DNA of 60,403 nt, filler included, from Circinaria calcarea (taxonomy: Eukaryota): the NCBI GenBank assembly GCA_051942165.1. It is 5 parts of 5 records of this genome, joined end to end, with 100 filler letters (N's around TTAATTAATTAA, not from the genome) between each part and the next. Parts side by side here need not be neighbours in the genome. Positions count along the whole stretch, not along the records: positions 1 to 12,013 come from JAVECS010000617.1; positions 12,114 to 24,122 come from JAVECS010000618.1; 3 more parts are not named here. The stretch is one strand, 5' to 3'. Every line of letters starts with the position of its first letter. Within the stretch, counting starts at the first letter, position 1. The notes beneath the pieces were generated by a model. It saw only the letters and a program-made list of their open reading frames with translations, did not search any database and was not told where the DNA came from. This document shows, piece after piece, positions 1-13,648 of the stretch. The position numbers were made by a program, and so were the translations under genes.

Positions 1-373
1 GAGGGGGGGGGGGGGGTTTGGTTTAGGGTATGCGAATGAAAAGGGAACATTTGGTTTACATGGAGATGAACAAGTGTAAATTTGAAAGCATGCGTGGAAT
101 TGGTGTGATTGATAATATCCTAGGCCCGTCTTTTTTTCCCCTTTCCGATCAAGGGGCCGTCGTTGTAGACAAAATCACCGCCAATTTGGCTTCTTCGCCT
201 CCTTTTCGACTAGCAATTGGTTGGCATGGCGGTAAATTCGTCAGACGTCGTCTAGACTTAGGTATAGATTGAATCATCTCCTTATCCCAAAAATTATTCG
301 GGCCGCTTGGGTATCGTTCAGCTTTTGTACCATTGTATATGAATGCACAACTAAAATCCCCCTCATCCATTCA

Positions 374-2091
374 TCACCAAGGCCCCGTTGAAACTTCCAA
401 CTCAATCTTCAGCCCGTCTTGCCTCTTGACCTGATTCTTCTTCTTCGACAGCTTCGCCAGATCATCCGCCCACGGCCCCGTGTACCCGGCCACCTTCACG
501 ACCACAACAGCCGCCCCTCCCTTACTCTCCCACTTCGCCTGCAGGCGCAATCTCGACTCCCCCTTCATCCCAGCTGGATAGCACTCACCCACTCCCTGTG
601 CCAAGCGCCCAATGTATTTCGCCCACCATGCCTCGTTAGCGCCGACCAGCTGCTGCATTTTCTCGAGAAAATCCGAATCAGCGGAACTGAGCTCGCCACC
701 CCAGCGCTCGCAGAGGACGAGTCCGAGAAGGGCACGCTCTTGGTGAGCGAGGCCGTGGGCGTTGGCGAGGATACCGGTCGTTGTGCTGCGGAGAGCGGCC
801 GCGGCCCGGATGTCTTTGGGAAGGGGTGCGTGAGCATTGACGAGGTGGATGACGCTGGTTAGAAAGGCGTCGTCTACGAGGAATTCGGGACATAGCAGGT
901 CCCAGCGGGCTGGACTTCCAGAGGTTTCGTGGGCAGGAATACCAGAACGCAACAGCTCGACCAAGGCTTCGGTCGAGGAGGGTGCGAAAGGCGCTGTGGC
1001 CGTCACGAGGGGATGTTGCGAGCGGATGGAAGGGGGTAAGGTGGAAAACAACAAGCCTTCCCGCAGGCCACCCTGAGCGAAATAAACGGTAGCGATGGCC
1101 GGTAGTGCCGCGACGAGAGATGTAATGAGAAAGGATACCGCCGGGACTTGGGAGGCACGGCGGGAAGAGATTCGGAATATGGAATTATCAACAGTCGATT
1201 GGATATCAGTATTAGGGAGAAAGGAGGCTATGGGAACGCAAAAGCCGTTGATGAGTGGAATTGGATATGGTTGGACTGGATGGGAAGCCATTAGGATGTA
1301 GCCCCATCCGCGGAAGCCGCCGCCAGATAGATACAAAGCAAGACCATTCTCCCGCTTTGCAGCGTTTATGACGGCCGAGGGTATGTCAAGGTCATAGATC
1401 GCTTGCCTGAATTGATCAGTTATCTTCTGTTGTAGATCTTGCGTTGCCTGGCTCCCTTGACCCTCGACTTCCACTAACAAACGTGACAGCGCGGCCGCCC
1501 CGTATGGTAAACTCACCGCCCCTCGTGGGGGTGTCTCGGCTTCTCCATTCGCCGTGACCACCCAGCTCAACTGAACGCTGCCGCCGCCTAGATCGAGCAG
1601 AAGGTTTCTGACACCGGAGAAGCTGCTGGCGATCCCCAATGCACCCATCTTCCCCTCCTCTTCTTTGGCAAGCATCTCTACTTCCCACCCAGTGGCATCT
1701 TCGATAGCTTGTCGATAGTCGACGCTGTTGATAGCCTCTCTTGTGGCCTCGGTGGCGACCACCCGGACGTCTGATACGCCAAAGTCTTCGCACGTGCGTT
1801 TGAAGCCTTTCAGAGCTGCAAGGACTTGTTGAATAATTTCTTTAGGTATAGGACCTTTTCGCCCTCCCCTGCTATACTGGGCATCGTAGAGAGAAATACC
1901 GCACCTGTCCTGGAACAGGGTAGGCATGATGCGGGCAGTAAGAGGAGACAGATCTGAAATAGAAAAGCGGATGCCATTACTAGTACAGCGTCAGGAGCAT
2001 GGTCTGACAACAGGAAGAAGAGCCGAGTGGAAAGAGACCTTCCCATATCTACCAGACCCTTGAGGTCTCGAGTAGCAGAAGGGACCGCCAT
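374..2091 (-). CDS. RTG2: Retrograde regulation protein 2-like, Ppx/GppA phosphatase family (2 exons; intron 1980-2038)
   Basis: Spliced N-terminus MAVPSATRDLKGLVDMGS|NGIRFSISDL...; ASKHA/Ppx motifs ATEATREA, DLGGGSVQ, LSGGGFRGWG and GGLREG in ORF 374-1927. Confidence 0.88.
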
Positions 2092-3300
2092 GGAGGGCAA
2101 TGTACAATGTATCGACCGAAGAAAAGTTCTCCGGTGATGGGAAAGAACTCAGCGCACGAGATGAGGATTTTCTGGTCACGGGCGGGCAATCGGTGTCACT
2201 TCAGTGTACTTCGGGCGATTGATCCATGAGGGGCGCCTGCAGGAGCGAAACTGTTCTGGAGCTTGATGCGGGGATGAACTCTATGCGCCTGCCTGGGACT
2301 GTGATTATCTAGGTCCTCTAAGAATATATGCTCGTCGATCGAGGTCAGGTAAGCAGAGAGAGAGACACACACATGACAGTTCTACCATCCAGATACTCCA
2401 CTCGCTTTCGCCGCCGGCGTCAAGGCGTTCAAACCTTCAATGAATTGGCTAGAACATCAAAGTAACCACTCAATTAATCCTTACCGCTTAGTAGACCCAG
2501 ATCACTTTTCGCTCTATAATCTACCTACCCTTTCAATTATTCCACATGTCCATTTAGGCTTAGGATGCTCTGCCGACCTTCAGTCAATATATTTCCTCGA
2601 GAGCTCTGTGATGAAATGCGCTTCCTGCCAGCGTACAATCTCTACACCTCAAGGTACCGACGTATCGTGGGGAAATGACAGCATGATGGTAGCACGACAG
2701 GTTTGGATAGCCTGCTAGGCAGTTCGCTAACCACCAAGTATGCGTTCAGCCACAACGCCCGGCTACTTCGACTTGAGGTGTAGGTCGCTGGCTTGCTGTG
2801 AATTGGAATCTCTGAAATGGAATGAAACTGAGCGCCGGGAAAAGAATCCAAGTCCCTTAATTCGACTGCAGCAGATCCAAATGTCGATCCAGCCATGTCA
2901 CGGGACTTCGAGACTGCCTGGATTGATGCAAAAGTAGATAAACGCGGTAAGGCCGTTGGATAACAGCCGCCGTTTACCAGTAATAGGGGCGCATGGATTT
3001 GCCTCAACGGGGATCCCCGGGCAGTGATGGTGGGGTTTGCACCATACCCCGCTTCTCATGAAGATATATGAATAGAGAGGACCACTTCTGCCATCCCTTT
3101 CCTCTCCATCACTTGTTCGTTCCATACATTGCCCTTGATACTGTAACAGTCCATCCCACCCTGTATTGGTTTCCTTACTGACAACTCATAGAAACCGACA
3201 GCGTCCTAGCCGATAAGTACGGTGCTCCTCCAAGATGGAAACCATGACCTTCCGTCACCGGGGCATTGTCCACAACGATCAAGGTAAAGCAGGTAAAATA

Positions 3301-3450
3301 GCATGAACCGGTGTTCGTTCACCATCTTCCAGTGCCGGCATCCAACCTCTTTCTAGTAAAGAGGAGATGCAAGGCCGGAAGCCCTGGGTTCGTTCTGAGA
3401 TTATACGGTCACAACTTGATCAGGATAATACCTGCGAAACGGAATCATGC
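3301..3450 (+). promoter_or_regulatory. TPP (thiamine pyrophosphate) riboswitch aptamer in the THI4 5'-UTR intron
   Basis: P1 GCATGA(3301-3306)/TCATGC(3445-3450); conserved CTGAGA...ATACGG; P4/P5 AACTTGATCAGGATAATACCTGCGAA; long P3 hairpin; followed by branch CTAAC and acceptor CCAG(3498) 13 nt before the THI4 ATG. Confidence 0.96.
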
Positions 3451-3475
3451 TTACCTTCTTCCTTTCATCCCATGA

Positions 3476-4605
<1,130 letters not shown>

Positions 4606-5166
4606 GCCATTGGTTATCCTGTAGAAGCATAGACGATATATCGTCTTCCCTTCGTCCCTTGTGCTGTTAGTCGGATTAGCAGTGCCCCTGTACTGTCATT
4701 ACCGTATCCGGCTTCCCAATAATTATTAGCACACAGTCTCAGTACCAGAGTCCCAAGTAGCGAACTCCCATTTATATAGAGAGACAATGCCTTCGGAGAA
4801 CGTTTTTCTTCTAATTAGTCATTTGAGATGTGTCCCTTCCAACAGTCATTTGAAATTATCCCAAAGGCGGGCGGGGGCAAGAATAGCATGAAGCAGGTAG
4901 CAGAAAGCATCCTTGCAACATTTCCGACCCCAAGGAAAGCGGCCTGCCCATCTGTGATCAACGGACGACATGAATCTTACTTGCACATTGCAGCTTTTCT
5001 TGGGCTCTATGATAGTAGTACAGTTACGCTACCTGATAAGGGGCAACGCAAGCTTCAAAGCTAATATCACAATCGAATGAGAAATTACATCTGAAGACCC
5101 AACCGCCGTGGTATGCAAGCTCCGCACAATAGGGAAAAAAAAAGCAAACTACTGTCGCTGAAATGA

Positions 5167-6204
5167 TCAGACCAGTTCAGATGTGACGTTCGAGAACTCG
5201 CCCTTTTCCAGCTTGGTCTTCCAGAAGATTGGGTTTGTGTCCTACCCGTAGCGTTAGTAGTGCTAAGGGGGAATCAAGTGAAAGCGACTTCTTACATGGA
5301 AGCCATGCTTGACCCATCCGTCCTCCTTTACATGGTAGAGGTTGATGAAGCCACCCGAGTACGCATCTCGGTGGGTAGCGGCCAAGATACTCCTCCGGCC
5401 CAGTTCCAGTGCCGCCTCTTCCGAGAGATCATAGTGATACTCGGCGTCCAAAACGCCATAAGCGAAGGTCTGACCGGATCCCACGCAAAACAGGTTTCCG
5501 GCCAACCGCGTGCCATCCGAATCGATGTAGTACAGCGCCGGGCCTTCCTGCGGCGTCACTCCTGCGCACATGGTGCCCATACTCAAGCCCATACCCTTAT
5601 ACGAGTAGACCAGGTTGGAAAGGATCTTCGAAGCGGCGGCGACGGATATGCGTCGTTTGTGCCTGAGCTCGTGTAGCCGACACTGCATTCCGAGATATGC
5701 TAGCCAGTATTGACAGTCCTGTACAACACCACCGTCAGCCTGCTATACTGCGCCGATTTGACCGAAAGGTATCTACCGCGGCGCCGCCTGCCATAGTCCC
5801 GAGCAGGCAGTTATTAATTTCAATCACTTTCTTCACAGTCTGACTTGCTATCCAATTTCCTGCTGTGGCCCTTGAATCCGTAGCGACTATGATACCCCCT
5901 TGGAATCGAAACGCTAGGGTGGTCGTGCCGTGCGCAAGCTTGATCGGACAGTTTGGGTTGGCATGGTCGTCGGTCGTTGCTCGAAGAAAGGCGGAAGGCT
6001 GGCATGTAGGTATTAGTAGATAGAGACCCTCACGCAGTCGGGATGCTGCTGTAATAAGTAAGGGTTGCTCACATTTGCTAGAGGAGGTAACGCAAATTTG
6101 AGGGAAAGCGGTGGCACGGTCTGCGAGAGCTCCTGTTGCTCCTCGTACGAGTAACCTTCATCCTCGAACGCCGGTCGGGCATGCTGAGCTACCAAAGCAT
6201 CCAT
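5167..6204 (-). CDS. PRE2: 20S proteasome beta5 subunit (4 exons)
   Basis: Propeptide then [26 protein letters not shown] with catalytic Thr; [31 protein letters not shown]. Confidence 0.96.
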
Positions 6205-7806
6205 CTTTGAGTAGGTGTAGAGTTTAAAGAGTGTCAAGAAGGGTGTAAATCAAGAATGATGAGAATTAATACACTGGTTGGAATTCTGGTGAATGAAGAG
6301 TACTTGGTAGCTATCTTAGGTGCTTAGGTAGCTACTTTGCAGTCGCGTCACTTGTTCAGATGAAGATGCCGTGTAGGGTTTAGCGGCTTCGATTAAGGAT
6401 AGCCCACCCGGCCCTCAACTACGCAGATATAGTTAGTGGCTTTGAGGGTTGTCTAAATGGACTCTACTACATATCAACACCTTCGGATTAGCAGAGTAGT
6501 TGATTTAAGCCAGTATGCTCTCTTCAGTGAGACTACTATGACGCTCTTTCATCCGCCCGAGTGAATTTTGATGGACCAATCGTGTTGGAACTAGTATATG
6601 CAAACTACTTTCACTGTCTTAACCATTTTCGAAAAGAGTGAATTGCAGTTGCGTCAACATGCTCACTGATTTCTATAAATGCGTTCTTTCAATCCCTCCC
6701 AGCAAGCTGAATGAAGTCCCTGTACCGCTGAGCTTTTATCTTTGCTTCTTCAGAACGTTTCCGCAAAATGAATTTCACAGATAAGTGCTGATATTGAATA
6801 ACTCGCGAAGGTCCCTCCATCGAGTGCATAAGTAATAGAGCGGCATTCAAAGACATATCACATCCAGTAGGGCTATCCTCGGCCTCTCCACACAACAACT
6901 TCTTTAACAAGCCTCGTTATGAATACGGCTTTAAGTTGCTAGAAGATTGGTGAATTCCTGACCCCAGGCTCCACAGACTAAACAATGGCAATCGGGAAGG
7001 ATGTCTAAGATGGCTTCTCAAAAGCAGGGATATATAGGACGGGGCTCTCTATGACGGATGCTGGAATCAACTGATGCAAAGGTCGTCTAGAAACACATGA
7101 CTCTGCATTAGAAGCCGCGCTCGGAAGGAGTGAGGCTAACGCTTAGAAGATCGTCAAAGCTGCCTTTGTTAGGGGGTCTATGAAAGAAAACAGAGAAGAA
7201 ACAATGTACATCACAGGGAGAAAGCAGTGGAGCAAGAACCTGCGTTACGACATGATATACACTAAAGAAACTCCTTCACCTTAGCAGCGAAAGAGATTGA
7301 CGCTGCCTGGTCAATAAATGTAAACTCAGTAATCACAGAACAAAAGACATAAAAATTGTAGACACGTTGTCAATCTCCGTTCTTTCAACTCGTCCTCATA
7401 GATGTTTACAAGTGTATTTCAGATGATCCGATTCCACACAGTTCAAAGAACAACCTCGAAACCTTCATACAGCACGACCATAAATTATCCCGTGTTACTT
7501 CTCCTAACTGTTTGAAGCTAATGTCGGATGTTTGGATCCCATGGAAATGATTATGTAAGCTAGCCCTACCAGGCTAAATCCAGGTACAGGCAGTCACAAA
7601 CTGAACGCCAGCCTCCGCGAACAACTTTCGCATTTGGTGTACGGAGTACGAAGTACAACTTGATTCACGATCACTCTACGAAATTTATTAGCTTGGTAGC
7701 CTTGGCCTCTCATTCTTTCCCATTATCCTCATTACAAGTACAACAAAGACTCGAGTGTACGTGGACTGAGTTTACCATCTAACCTTGGTTTCGCCATCGG
7801 CCGAAG

Positions 7807-9498
7807 ATGGCTGTGTCAGTTACCCTTAACACCCCGCTTGCTGAAGAGCTCAGTAATGTCGTGCATCCGAAGCTGGCGGAGATTGGGTGGACTTCTGGTG
7901 GACTGGACGACTCGGTGCTTCTAGAGTACATAATCTTGATGCTGGTGAATGGGAAGACACAAGAACAAATAGCTGCAGAACTATCTACCGACTTACTCAG
8001 TCTGGAGCCAGGAGACTCAAGTGCCGTGGAGTTTTCAAGATGGCTGTTCGAGCAAGTCAATATTCTCAGTGGGCAGCTGAACAGCACTCGGATGCCACAG
8101 TCTGCCCCAACCATGCAACTACCTCAAGCACAAGCGATTCAATCTTACACAGGAGAGGAGGCAAGCTTACCCAGGCGAGGGAGTGGAGAATCCGGGAGCG
8201 CAGGTAGTCCTGACACGGAGATGGGGGAACCTACAGACATACCCCAGGACGGTAGCATGTAGGTGCCTTTTATTATAAATTTATTGATTCCCGAAGCTGA
8301 CAATTTTCGAAGCCCCACAGGACCAAAGTCAATGCGAGTTGCGGGCCGTCACAACAGCAAGCGGCTCATCGGCCAAATTTCAAAGGCAATGGACCGATCT
8401 AATGATGGCATGCTTCACCGTGTTCGACCTCAACAGGGCACAGAGCGCATTAATATGCACAACCGACAACCACCAAAAGGGCCCCGGGGGGAGCAATCCC
8501 GAAATCAACGAATGCCTCCAAACGTCAGACCAATGGCTGCGATCAATCGGGGACCGCTGAACGGGGGACCCGGCACTGCGATGATGCAGATGACACCCCA
8601 GCAGCAAATGCAATTGTTTGCAATGTATGAGCAACAGGCCCGGATGATGTCAGAAATACTCTCGCCACAACAGCAACAGGCGTTTATGCCAGGGATGAAC
8701 GCACCGGCGATCAACCCAGCCTTCCGTAACGGTGTTCCCATGCATCCGCAGCAGCCTGGTCGCTCCTTGTTCGAACGGGTTGAGAAGAAGCCGCAAGGGC
8801 CAAATAGCAACTTCAACAGACATCTACAGCCAAACGGCGCTACATTCCAGTCTAGATCTGAACAGGACACTGAAATGGCCAACAACGATATCTCGTCGTC
8901 CATGGAAGTGGAGAGCTCTCAAGCAACTCACACTGAGCTGTCGCCGGATACCATATGCAAATACAATCTTAAATGTACGAAACCAGACTGCATTTTCGCT
9001 CATCAGTCCCCTGCCGCACCACCCGGTACCACTATCGACGTCAATGATCACTGCCCCTTTGGAGCCGCCTGCAAAAATCGCAAATGCGTCGCTCGTCATC
9101 CGTCGCCTGCCCAGAAGTCGTCTCATCAGTCAGAACAGGATTGCAAATTCTATCCGCATTGCACAAACGCGAAATGTCCATTTCGCCATCCGACTGCGCC
9201 TATGTGCCGTAACGGTGCCGATTGTACGAAGCCAGGCTGTAAATATACACACGTCAAGACCATGTGCAAGTTCAACCCGTGCCTAAATCCTGTATGTCCT
9301 TACAAGCATGAAGAAGGGCAAAAGAGAGGCGCATTTAACGACAAGGTGTGGAAGGCTGAGGGTAGCCAGGAGAGGGAGCATGTCAGTGAACGGAAGTTTG
9401 TGGTGGGGGATGATGGGGGAGAGGAAGAGTTGATCGTCCCAGGGACCCAGGGAATGGGCGGGAGCCAGTCGAATCTTGGAGCGGAAGTGGTTACCTAA
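7807..9498 (+). CDS. NAB2: Nuclear polyadenylated RNA-binding protein, N-terminal PWI-like domain plus tandem CCCH zinc fingers (intron 8259-8312)
   Basis: LLEYIILMLVNGKTQEQIAAEL N-terminal domain; repeated C-x5-C-x4-C-x3-H fingers; C-terminal EHVSERKFV. Confidence 0.9.
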
Positions 9499-10089
9499 TA
9501 TGAGGCATGGGATTATTGGGTGCCTCACGTATCAGTCTGGAGGATATGTTGTTTCTGGTCTAACTGCGGGGCTTGGGGATATGCGCGTAGCGCATATTTG
9601 GCAAGGAGGGTTTATGCTCTAAAACGGCGTTTGATATCAGGTTTTGGAAGTGGTGGGGCCGCCAAACAACCCAGTTCCACGCTCACTCAAGGGTATGCTT
9701 GGCACAACTGGAGGCAGCACATTCAGAAAGTCAATCTGCTATACTCCAGCTTTTCTAGACGAACGAATCTATTTTGTAGTGTCAACATGATCTTACTGTC
9801 CAACAATCATTCAAAGTATAGACAATCTCTATATAGAACAATTTTTTTCTAATAACATATCCTAAGAGAAAACAGGAGAGGGGAACCACCCAAGAGTAGC
9901 GGTATTGGGATTTGAACCTAATTCTGGTTATATCCCCTCCACATCTCGATTGCGTTCCCGCGGCAATTGTTTGGTTATGGCGCACTAAGCCTTACCCCTC
10001 TAGTCCTTTTCGGATCTTGATATTGTCTCAAAGCCATCAGAGAAGGTGGTTCCTGTCTGTCCAACTCCGCTACTTAGGGGGCATTGAAA

Positions 10090-11955
10090 ATGCTCCAGAG
10101 ACAACGCGGCACCACCTTGGATATTCTTCTTAAAGAGTGCTATACCCGACGTCATTGCCAGAATCCGGTTCATCGGAGAACCTTTGCTTCAGAAGCTGTA
10201 TCTCCAACCGAACATCAAGTCAAAAATGTGGCTGTACTAGGTGGTGGCATCACAGGTCTCGCCAGTGCCTTCTACCTTTCCGAAGCGTTTCCCAAATCGA
10301 GCATCACGCTTTATGAAGGAAGTTCTCGTCTCGGAGGATGGCTGCATTCAACGTCAGTCGATGTCGGGAACGGACAGGTCGTTTTCGAGCAGGGCCCACG
10401 GAACCTGCGGCCCAGCATTCCCAATGGCATGGTGACGCTGGATCTAGTACGTTGTGGACCACATTCGAACTGTTGTAGGCTTATGGTCCCTGGCAGATTC
10501 AACGACTCGACTTACAAGGAGAGGTCTTGATGACATCCAAGAACTCCGTCGCGGCCCAGAATCGTTTTCTCTATTACCCTGATCATCTTGTCCGGATGCC
10601 CGGTCCGGGTTTATCAGTCTTGCAACAGATCTCTATGCTTTTTACGGAACCTGTGTTCAAGGGCCTCCTGCCCGCTGTTGTTCGCGAGCCAATCCAAGAC
10701 CGTAGATCGAGTGATCTTTCCGATGAGTCTGTTGGGTCTTTTCTCTCGCGGCGCTTTAGACCGGGCCTAGCAGATAATATAGTATCCGCTGTCTTGCACG
10801 GTATATATGCCGGGGATGTCTACCAGCTAAGTGCCAGATCTCTATTGCCATTGCCCTGGCGTTATGAAACTGAAGCGGGTGCTGAGTCGGTGGTTATTGG
10901 AGCCTTGAAAGGCTATTTGGAAGACTATAAATATATCCTTGCTCATGACCTAGACCTACTGAGAAATCTAAGGGTGCGCATGCTGTCCGAAGATGGGAAA
11001 CCGCTTCGTGGAATGGAGAGTTTCGCCGATATAAGGAAGTCCAGCATCTTCACTTTCAGGAAGGGAATTGGGGAGCTGGCTACGCGCCTCGAGCATGTAC
11101 TTGAAGCTCGACCAAATGTGAAGATACGCAGAAATACTCGGGCTGATTCGCTTCATTTGGTAACTGACGCGCACTCTAAGAAGGTACGCAACGTTCTTGC
11201 AAACCCCTAGACTCTTCCCGATCCTCATGTCACTTTTATAGATACGTCTCAAGTCGGTTGGTGGCAAAACTGGGCAGTCACTTGCTGAAAAAGACTTTAA
11301 TCACGTGATCTCCACACTCTCCGGTAAAACCCTCAGTGCCCTTGCCCCTGGCCGTCTCGATGTCCTTTCCCAAACGCCTTCAGTTACAGTCATGGTCGTC
11401 AACCTGTTCTATTCCAACCCGTCTCTTCTTCCCGTCCATGGTTTTGGCTATCTCCTCCCGCGCTCCGTTCCGTTTCTTCAGAATCCCGAACGTGCTCTGG
11501 GAGTCGTCTTTGATTCCGATGCCACAATTGGCCAAGACAACGTCCCGGGAACAAAGGTCACCGTGATGCTCGGGGGTCATTGGTGGGACGGCTGGGACGT
11601 CTATCCGGACGAAGAAGAGGGTGCTAACATGGCGAAGTCAATCCTGGCGCGCCATCTAGATATCCACGAGGAGCCGCAGGCTGTACGGGTAGGGCTGCAA
11701 AAGGATTGTATCCCTCAGTACACGGTCGGACATTTTCAGCGGATGGAGACCGCACGTGAAGATCTGGAGAAGCACTTTCACGGACGATTAAGGGTAGCTG
11801 GGAACAGCTATACCGGCGTGGGCTTGAACGATTGTGTCAGGTCTGCTCGAGATGTAGTGGACGGGCTGGTTTCCGGGAAGGGTAAAACGGGCTTAGATAC
11901 GTTCAGGAAAGAGGATATGTGGAGGAAGGTCCCGAAGGAGTTGCAGATTGGTTGA
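10090..11955 (+). CDS. HEM14: Protoporphyrinogen oxidase (introns 10447-10496, 11184-11241)
   Basis: VAVLGGGITGL FAD-binding motif, RLGGW, FEQGPR, HGIYAGD, GFGYLLP, CIPQYTVGH, GVGLNDCV. Confidence 0.94.
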
Positions 11956-12013
11956 TGAACGGGAAGAGTTCTGTAGTTGGGCAAGAACGCTGCGATGGTA
12001 TAGCGGAGCCTTT

Positions 12014-12113
12014 NNNNNNNNNNNNNNNNNNNNNNNNNNNNNNNNNNNNNNNNNNNNTTAATTAATTAANNNNNNNNNNNNNNNNNNNNNNNNNNNNNNN
12101 NNNNNNNNNNNNN
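12014..12113. other. Artificial contig spacer (44 N + TTAATTAATTAA + 44 N)
   Basis: Exactly 100 bp; stop codons in all six frames; identical at four positions. Confidence 0.98.
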
Positions 12114-13648
12114 CCCGGCGGCAAAGATGCTAGTGGACTTAAGTGCTGCGCAAGACGTTGAGGCAGGAGACGGTACGACCTCGGTGGTTGTAATAGCTGG
12201 AAGTTTGCTAGGTGCAGCGGACAGATTACTGACAAAGGGTACCAAGTTCGAACCGTTATGAGAACAAGTTGTTAACATGCCAATTAGGTATACATCCTAT
12301 GATCATCTCCGAATCCTTCCAACGAGCAGCGGCAGAAGCTGTAAAAGTACTCCATGACATGTCACAACCGATATCTTTATCCGATCGCCCAACGCTGGAA
12401 CAAGCAGCTTCAACCTCGCTATCCTCCAAGATTGTCTCCCAACACTCTAATCTCCTAGGTCCAATCGCTGTTGATGCGGTACTTAAGACCATTGATCAGA
12501 AAACTGCAGATAATGTAGATCTCAAGAACATAAGGATAATTAAAAAGGTCGGGGGGACGATAGAAGACACTGAGATGATAGATGGTCTAGTCTTAAATCA
12601 ACCAGTGGTCAAGAGTGGTGGTGGACCTGCACGGATGGAGAAAGCTCGGATAGGCTTAATTCAATTTCAACTGAGCCCGCCTAAACCGGATGTATGGCTT
12701 TCTGCTGTACTCGTTGTACCGGTCTCACTGACGGAAAACAGATGGAAAATCAGATTGTCGTCAATGATTACCGGCAAATGGATAAGATTCTAAAGGAGGA
12801 GCGGAAGTACCTCTTAGACATTGTCAAGAAGATCAAGAAAGCGAAATGCAATGTTATACTCATACAAAAGTCCATTCTCAGAGACGCAGTCAACGACCTT
12901 AGCCTGCATTTCCTAGCGAAACTCAACATCCTGGCGGTAAAAGATATTGAGCGGGATGAGATTGAATTCATTTGCAAAGTACACTGGTCCTTCATTCAAT
13001 AGCAAAGCCTTTAGTATGATCTAACGGAACCTTTAGTCTACGGGTTGTAAGCCCATCGCGGACATCGATAGCTTCACAGAGGATAAACTTGGCTCCGCCG
13101 AGCTCATCGAAGAAGTCCAAGCCTCGGGATCCCGAATAGTAAAAGTCACAGGGGTAACTCACAAATCCGCTGGCCAAACTGTCTCCATCGTCTGCCGTGG
13201 CGCTAACGCCCTTATCCTTGACGAAGCCGAACGAAGCCTACACGATGCTCTATGTGTGATTCGATGTCTCGTCAAAAAGAAGGCCCTAATCGCTGGAGGT
13301 GGTGCACCCGAGATCGCCATTGCTCAAGCTCTCAGTAAAAAGTCTCAAAGTCTCCCGGGTACGGAATCGATATGCTGGAGAGCGTTTGCAGATGCGATGG
13401 AGGTTATCCCGACTACATTAGCAGAAAACGCGGGGTTGAACAGCATCAAGGTTGTCACTGATTTGAGAGCTAGGCACGAGCGTGGGGAGAAGAATGCTGG
13501 TGTCAGTATCAGGAGTGGGGGAGTCAAAAACAACATTGCCGAAGAGAATGTGCTGCAGCCGCTGCTGGTGAGCACAAGTGCCGTCGAGTTGGCAGCTGAA
13601 ACTGTTAAAATGATTCTGCGTATAGACGACATTTGTCTATCAAGATAA
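12114..13648 (+). CDS. CCT4: T-complex protein 1 subunit delta, 5'-truncated by the contig edge
   Basis: [68 protein letters not shown]. Confidence 0.95.

Noticed and set aside
6689..6910. 73-aa minus-strand ORF in the PRE2-NAB2 spacer
   Set aside because: Non-ATG start, in-frame stop just upstream, no motif or convincing splice path
12058..12069. TTAATTAATTAA repeated every ~12.1 kb, as a biological repeat or piggyBac TTAA target site
   Set aside because: Always centred in 44+44 N; it is an artificial six-frame-stop linker
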